In this document: piece by piece, positions 56,517 through 59,952 of the stretch | Numbering within the stretch: position 1 is the first letter of the stretch | Layout: each line of letters starts with the position of its first letter | Assembly (NCBI GenBank): GCA_028291455.1 | Contig: JAQGHY010000180.1 | Coordinates: forward strand, 1 to 59,952 | Direction of reading: 5' to 3' | Source: Rubritepida sp. | GTDB taxonomy: Bacteria; Pseudomonadota; Alphaproteobacteria; Acetobacterales; Acetobacteraceae | Length of the DNA stretch: 59,952 nt | Notes under the pieces: model-generated | Told to the model about the DNA's origin: nothing | What the model saw: the letters and a program-made list of their open reading frames with translations, nothing else | The model's database searches: none | Translations under genes and position numbers: made by a program

Positions 56517-57599
56517 ATGGCGCGGCGTGTGGCGGTGGTCTTGTTCAACCTCGGCGGGCCCGATGCGCCCTCGAGCGTGCGGCCCTTCCTGGTCAACCTC
56601 TTCACCGATCCCGCGATCCTGCGCGTGCCGCGATTCATCCGCCCCTGGCTCGGCCGGCTGATCGCCTGGCGCCGTACCCCGACGGCGCAGGAGAACTATG
56701 CCGTGATGGGCGGAAGGTCCCCGCTGCGGGAGCTGACGGAAGCCCAGGCGCGGTCGCTGGAGGGCGTGCTGAACGAGCGGGAACCCGGCCTGGACTACAA
56801 ATGCTTCGTCGCCATGCGCTACTGGCACCCGATGAGCCCCGAGGCGGTGCAAGCCGTGAAGGCCTGGAATCCCAGCGAGATCCTGCTGATCCCGCTCTAT
56901 CCGCAATTCTCCACGACCTCGACCGGCAGTTCCATCACCGCCTGGGCCGACGCCTGCAAAGCCGCGGGATTGTCGCTGCCCACCTCGACCCTCTGCTGCT
57001 TCCACTCCGACCCCGGCTTCGTGACCGCCACGGCGCGGCTGGTGGCGGAGGCCTATGCCAAGGCCCGCGCTGAATTGCCGGGGCACGTGCCCTTGCGCGT
57101 CCTTTTCTCGGCGCATGGCCTGCCGGAGACCATCATCAAATCCGGCGATCCCTACCAATGGCAGGTGGAGCAGAGCACCGCCAGCGTGGTGGACGCGCTG
57201 AACATGCGCGGGCTGGACCATGTGGTTTGCTACCAGTCCCGCGTGACGCCGCAAAAATGGCTCGGCCCCTCGACCGAGGCGGAGATCGCGCGTGCGGCGC
57301 GGGAGAAGGTGGCGGTGCTGATCTGCCCGATCGCCTTCGTCTCGGATCATTCGGAGACGCTGGTCGAGCTCGACGTCGAATACCGGCATGGGGCGGATAA
57401 GCTTGGCATTCCCGGTTATTTCCGCGTGCCGGCGCAGAACATCGATGCCGCCTTCATCACCGCCATGGCCGATCTGGTGCAGCGGACCGAGGGCTCGGCG
57501 CGGACGCTGTGCAGCTTCGCCGGCGCCCGCCAATGCCCGCGCGCCCATACCGGCTGCCCGCACACCCATTCCACCTCGCTGCTGGCGAAGGCGGCATGA
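56517..57599 (+). CDS. hemH: Ferrochelatase
   Basis: NLGGP, GG.SPL, AMRYWHP, PLYPQFS, FSAHGLP, YQSR, FVSDHSETL.ELD. Confidence 0.97.
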   Translation: MARRVAVVLFNLGGPDAPSSVRPFLVNLFTDPAILRVPRFIRPWLGRLIAWRRTPTAQENYAVMGGRSPLRELTEAQARSLEGVLNEREPGLDYKCFVAMRYWHPMSPEAVQAVKAWNPSEILLIPLYPQFSTTSTGSSITAWADACKAAGLSLPTSTLCCFHSDPGFVTATARLVAEAYAKARAELPGHVPLRVLFSAHGLPETIIKSGDPYQWQVEQSTASVVDALNMRGLDHVVCYQSRVTPQKWLGPSTEAEIARAAREKVAVLICPIAFVSDHSETLVELDVEYRHGADKLGIPGYFRVPAQNIDAAFITAMADLVQRTEGSARTLCSFAGARQCPRAHTGCPHTHSTSLLAKAA

Positions 57600-58225
57600 T
57601 CCGCGCGGTTCTCTTCGATTGCGACGGCGTTCTGGCGGACAGCGAAGGCGTCGCCAACCACGTCGTCGCGGCAGCGGTCACGGCCCTTGGCTGGCCGATG
57701 GATGCCGAAATGGCCCAGCGCGAATTCCTCGGCATGGCGCTGCCGGATATGGAGCCGCGCATCACTGCCCGCGTCGGACCCTTGCCGAAGGGCTGGTCGC
57801 AGGAGCTGGGCCGGCAGATCGAGACGGACCTCGCCAGTGTGCGCCCCATGGCCGGTGCCGAGGCGGCGCTGCGGGCCGTGGCCGCGGCCGGGCTGCCCAT
57901 GGCGCTCTGCTCGAATTCCTCGCGCGGGGAGTTGGCGGTGAAGCTGCGGGTCCTGGGCTTCGCGGCCTATTTCGAAGGTCGGGTGTTCAGCTTCGAGGAT
58001 GTGGAAAATCCCAAGCCCGCACCGGACATCTACCTCGCCGCCGCGCGTGCCTGCGGCTTCCCGCCCGGCGAATGTCTGGTGGTGGAGGACAGCGCGACGG
58101 GCCTGGCCGCCGGCGCGGCGGCGGGTTGCCGGTTGGCGTCGGTGGTGGAGGGGATGGGGGTGCCGCATCTTGTGCTGGCGCATATCGGTGACCATTTGGG
58201 GCCGATCGAAGATCCAAAGACCTGA
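57596..58225 (+). CDS. HAD-IA family hydrolase
   Basis: FDCDGVLADSE, SNS, KPAPDIY, VVEDS..G. Confidence 0.92.
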   Translation: MIRAVLFDCDGVLADSEGVANHVVAAAVTALGWPMDAEMAQREFLGMALPDMEPRITARVGPLPKGWSQELGRQIETDLASVRPMAGAEAALRAVAAAGLPMALCSNSSRGELAVKLRVLGFAAYFEGRVFSFEDVENPKPAPDIYLAAARACGFPPGECLVVEDSATGLAAGAAAGCRLASVVEGMGVPHLVLAHIGDHLGPIEDPKT

Positions 58226-58561
58226 TCTCCCCCTGATCATGCGCCCGGCTAAAGGGAGCGAACCATAGGGGTCGTGCCCAAAGCGCAGCCGTCATCGACG
58301 CAATATGCCTAAAGCGCAGCCGCTGCCCGTCGGGTGAACGTAAACAAATGCAGAGTAAATGTACGGGCGCGGCCGGTCATGATAACCAATCGGCCGGCGG
58401 CCGGTGGCAGCTGCGCTGAACGACTTGCCGGAGATAGATGATGGTGCCCGCCCGATTCATGTCTGTCCGCCCTGTATGATCGATCGGCCACACGCTGCGT
58501 CGGCCGTGGGCGATCCGAATACGATCAGGATTCTATTCGCAGCCTTGGCAGGCGCTCGTAG

Positions 58562-59952
58562 ATGATCGGCATCGTCCGCATCGCGCTTTCGCGACCCTAT
58601 ACCTTCGTCGTGATGTCGGTGTTGATCGTCATCGGCGGTCTCCTCGCCGCCCTCCGCACCCCGGCCGACATCTTCCCTGCCATCCCGGTCCCCGTGGTCG
58701 CCGCGGCCTGGTCCTTCAACGGCCTCTCCGCCGAGGACATGTCCGGGCGCATCCTCGTGCCTTACCAGCGCTCGCTGACCACGACCGTCAACGACATCGA
58801 GCACATCGAGGCGAACTCCCTGCCGGGCATCGGCATCGTGAAGGTCTTCTTCCAGCCGGGTGCCGACGTGCGGCTCGCCAATGCGCAGATCACCGCCATC
58901 TCGCAGACCCTGCTGCGGCAGCTGCCGCCGGGCACCACGCCGCCGCTGATCCTGAACTACAGCGCCTCGACCGTGCCGATCCTGCAGATAGCCTTGGCCG
59001 GCGAGGGGCTGAACGAGCAGCAGCTCTTCGACCTCGGCGTCAATTTCATCCGCCCCCAGCTGGTGACCATTCCCGGCGCCGCCATGCCTTTCCCCTTCGG
59101 CGGGCGAACGCGGCAGATCCAGATCGACATCGACCCCGTGGCGCTGCAGTCCAAGGGGCTTTCCGCCCAGGATGTCGGCGCCGCCATCGCCGCGCAGACC
59201 CAGATCACGCCCGCCGGTTTCGCGAAGATCGGCGAGTTCCAGTACAGCCTCAACCTCAACAACGCGCCCGGCACCGTGGCCGAACTCGCCGCCCTGCCGA
59301 TCCGCTCCGTCAACGGCGCCACCATCACCATCGGGGACGTGGCCAATGTCCGCGACGGCTCCGCGCCGCAGCAGAACGTCGTGCACGTTGACGGTCAGCG
59401 CTCGGTGCTGCTGACGGTGCTGAAGAACGGCTCGGCCTCGACCATCAACATCGTCAGCGGCATCCTGGGCCTCCTGCCGGGGATGCGGCCGAGCCTGCCG
59501 CCCAACCTCACCGTCACGCCGCTCAACGACCAGTCGATCTTCGTGAAGGCCGCCATCGAGGGCGTGGTCTTCGAAGGCGGGCTGGCCGCGGCGCTGACCT
59601 CGGTGATGATCCTGATCTTCCTGGGCTCCTGGCGCTCCACCGTCATCATCGCGGTGTCGATTCCGCTGGCCGTGCTCTCCGCGGTGTTCATGCTGGCCGC
59701 CTTCGGCCAGACGCTCAACGTCATGACCCTGGGCGGCCTGGCGCTGGCCGTCGGCATCCTGGTGGACGACGACACCGTCACCATCGAGAACATCAACTGG
59801 CACCTGGAGCAGGGCAAGGACGTCAGCTCCGCCATCCTCGACGGTGCCCAACAGATCGTCGTCCCGGCCTTCGTCTCGCTGCTCTGCATCTGCATCGTCT
59901 TCGTGCCGATGTTCTTCCTGCCGGGCGTCTCGGGCTTCCTGTTCGTGCCGAT
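58562..59952 (+). CDS. RND efflux permease (AcrB-like), runs off window end
   Basis: MIGIVRIALSRPYTFVV, DIFP.IPVPVV, FLGSWRST, LNVMTLGGLALAVGILVDD; absent from ORF track because no stop codon is in the window. Confidence 0.92.
   Translation, partial: MIGIVRIALSRPYTFVVMSVLIVIGGLLAALRTPADIFPAIPVPVVAAAWSFNGLSAEDMSGRILVPYQRSLTTTVNDIEHIEANSLPGIGIVKVFFQPGADVRLANAQITAISQTLLRQLPPGTTPPLILNYSASTVPILQIALAGEGLNEQQLFDLGVNFIRPQLVTIPGAAMPFPFGGRTRQIQIDIDPVALQSKGLSAQDVGAAIAAQTQITPAGFAKIGEFQYSLNLNNAPGTVAELAALPIRSVNGATITIGDVANVRDGSAPQQNVVHVDGQRSVLLTVLKNGSASTINIVSGILGLLPGMRPSLPPNLTVTPLNDQSIFVKAAIEGVVFEGGLAAALTSVMILIFLGSWRSTVIIAVSIPLAVLSAVFMLAAFGQTLNVMTLGGLALAVGILVDDDTVTIENINWHLEQGKDVSSAILDGAQQIVVPAFVSLLCICIVFVPMFFLPGVSGFLFVP

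Noticed and set aside
58338-58366. Operator upstream of the RND gene (GTAAA-N10-GTAAA, CGTA...TACG)
   Set aside because: Symmetry too weak and no adjacent regulator to assign it to

Overview
GC-rich alphaproteobacterial chromosome segment. Gene content (orphan Bug/TctC receptors, TAXI-TRAP, large NAD-GDH) suggests a Roseomonas/Acetobacteraceae-like host; this taxonomy is an inference. Three things stand out. (1) A 17.8 kb element is integrated at the 3' end of tRNA-Arg(CCT), bounded by 47 bp direct repeats (8976-9022 and 26776-26822). It looks like a PICI-type phage satellite: tyrosine integrase with GGTCCGC arm sites, an RHH regulator, an AlpA/Xis-like HTH, a Toprim primase, a D5/SF3 helicase, an inverted-repeat origin, a lambda-like cosQ/cosN and a TerS/Rpp-like gene. 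No capsid, portal or TerL gene is recognisable, yet it carries a scaffold-like protein and a tail fibre with its chaperone. (2) Its AT-rich cargo includes a coupled DUF3800 + partner gene pair that converges on an unannotated structured ~75 nt RNA candidate with its own predicted promoter, a possible RNA-dependent defence or toxin-antitoxin module. (3) The likely chromosomal origin oriC lies between the DUF299 gene and hemE (55121-55426), with DnaA boxes and DnaA-trios. The rest is housekeeping and transport/catabolic genes plus tRNA-Leu(TAA). All family calls come from motif recognition by eye, not database searches.
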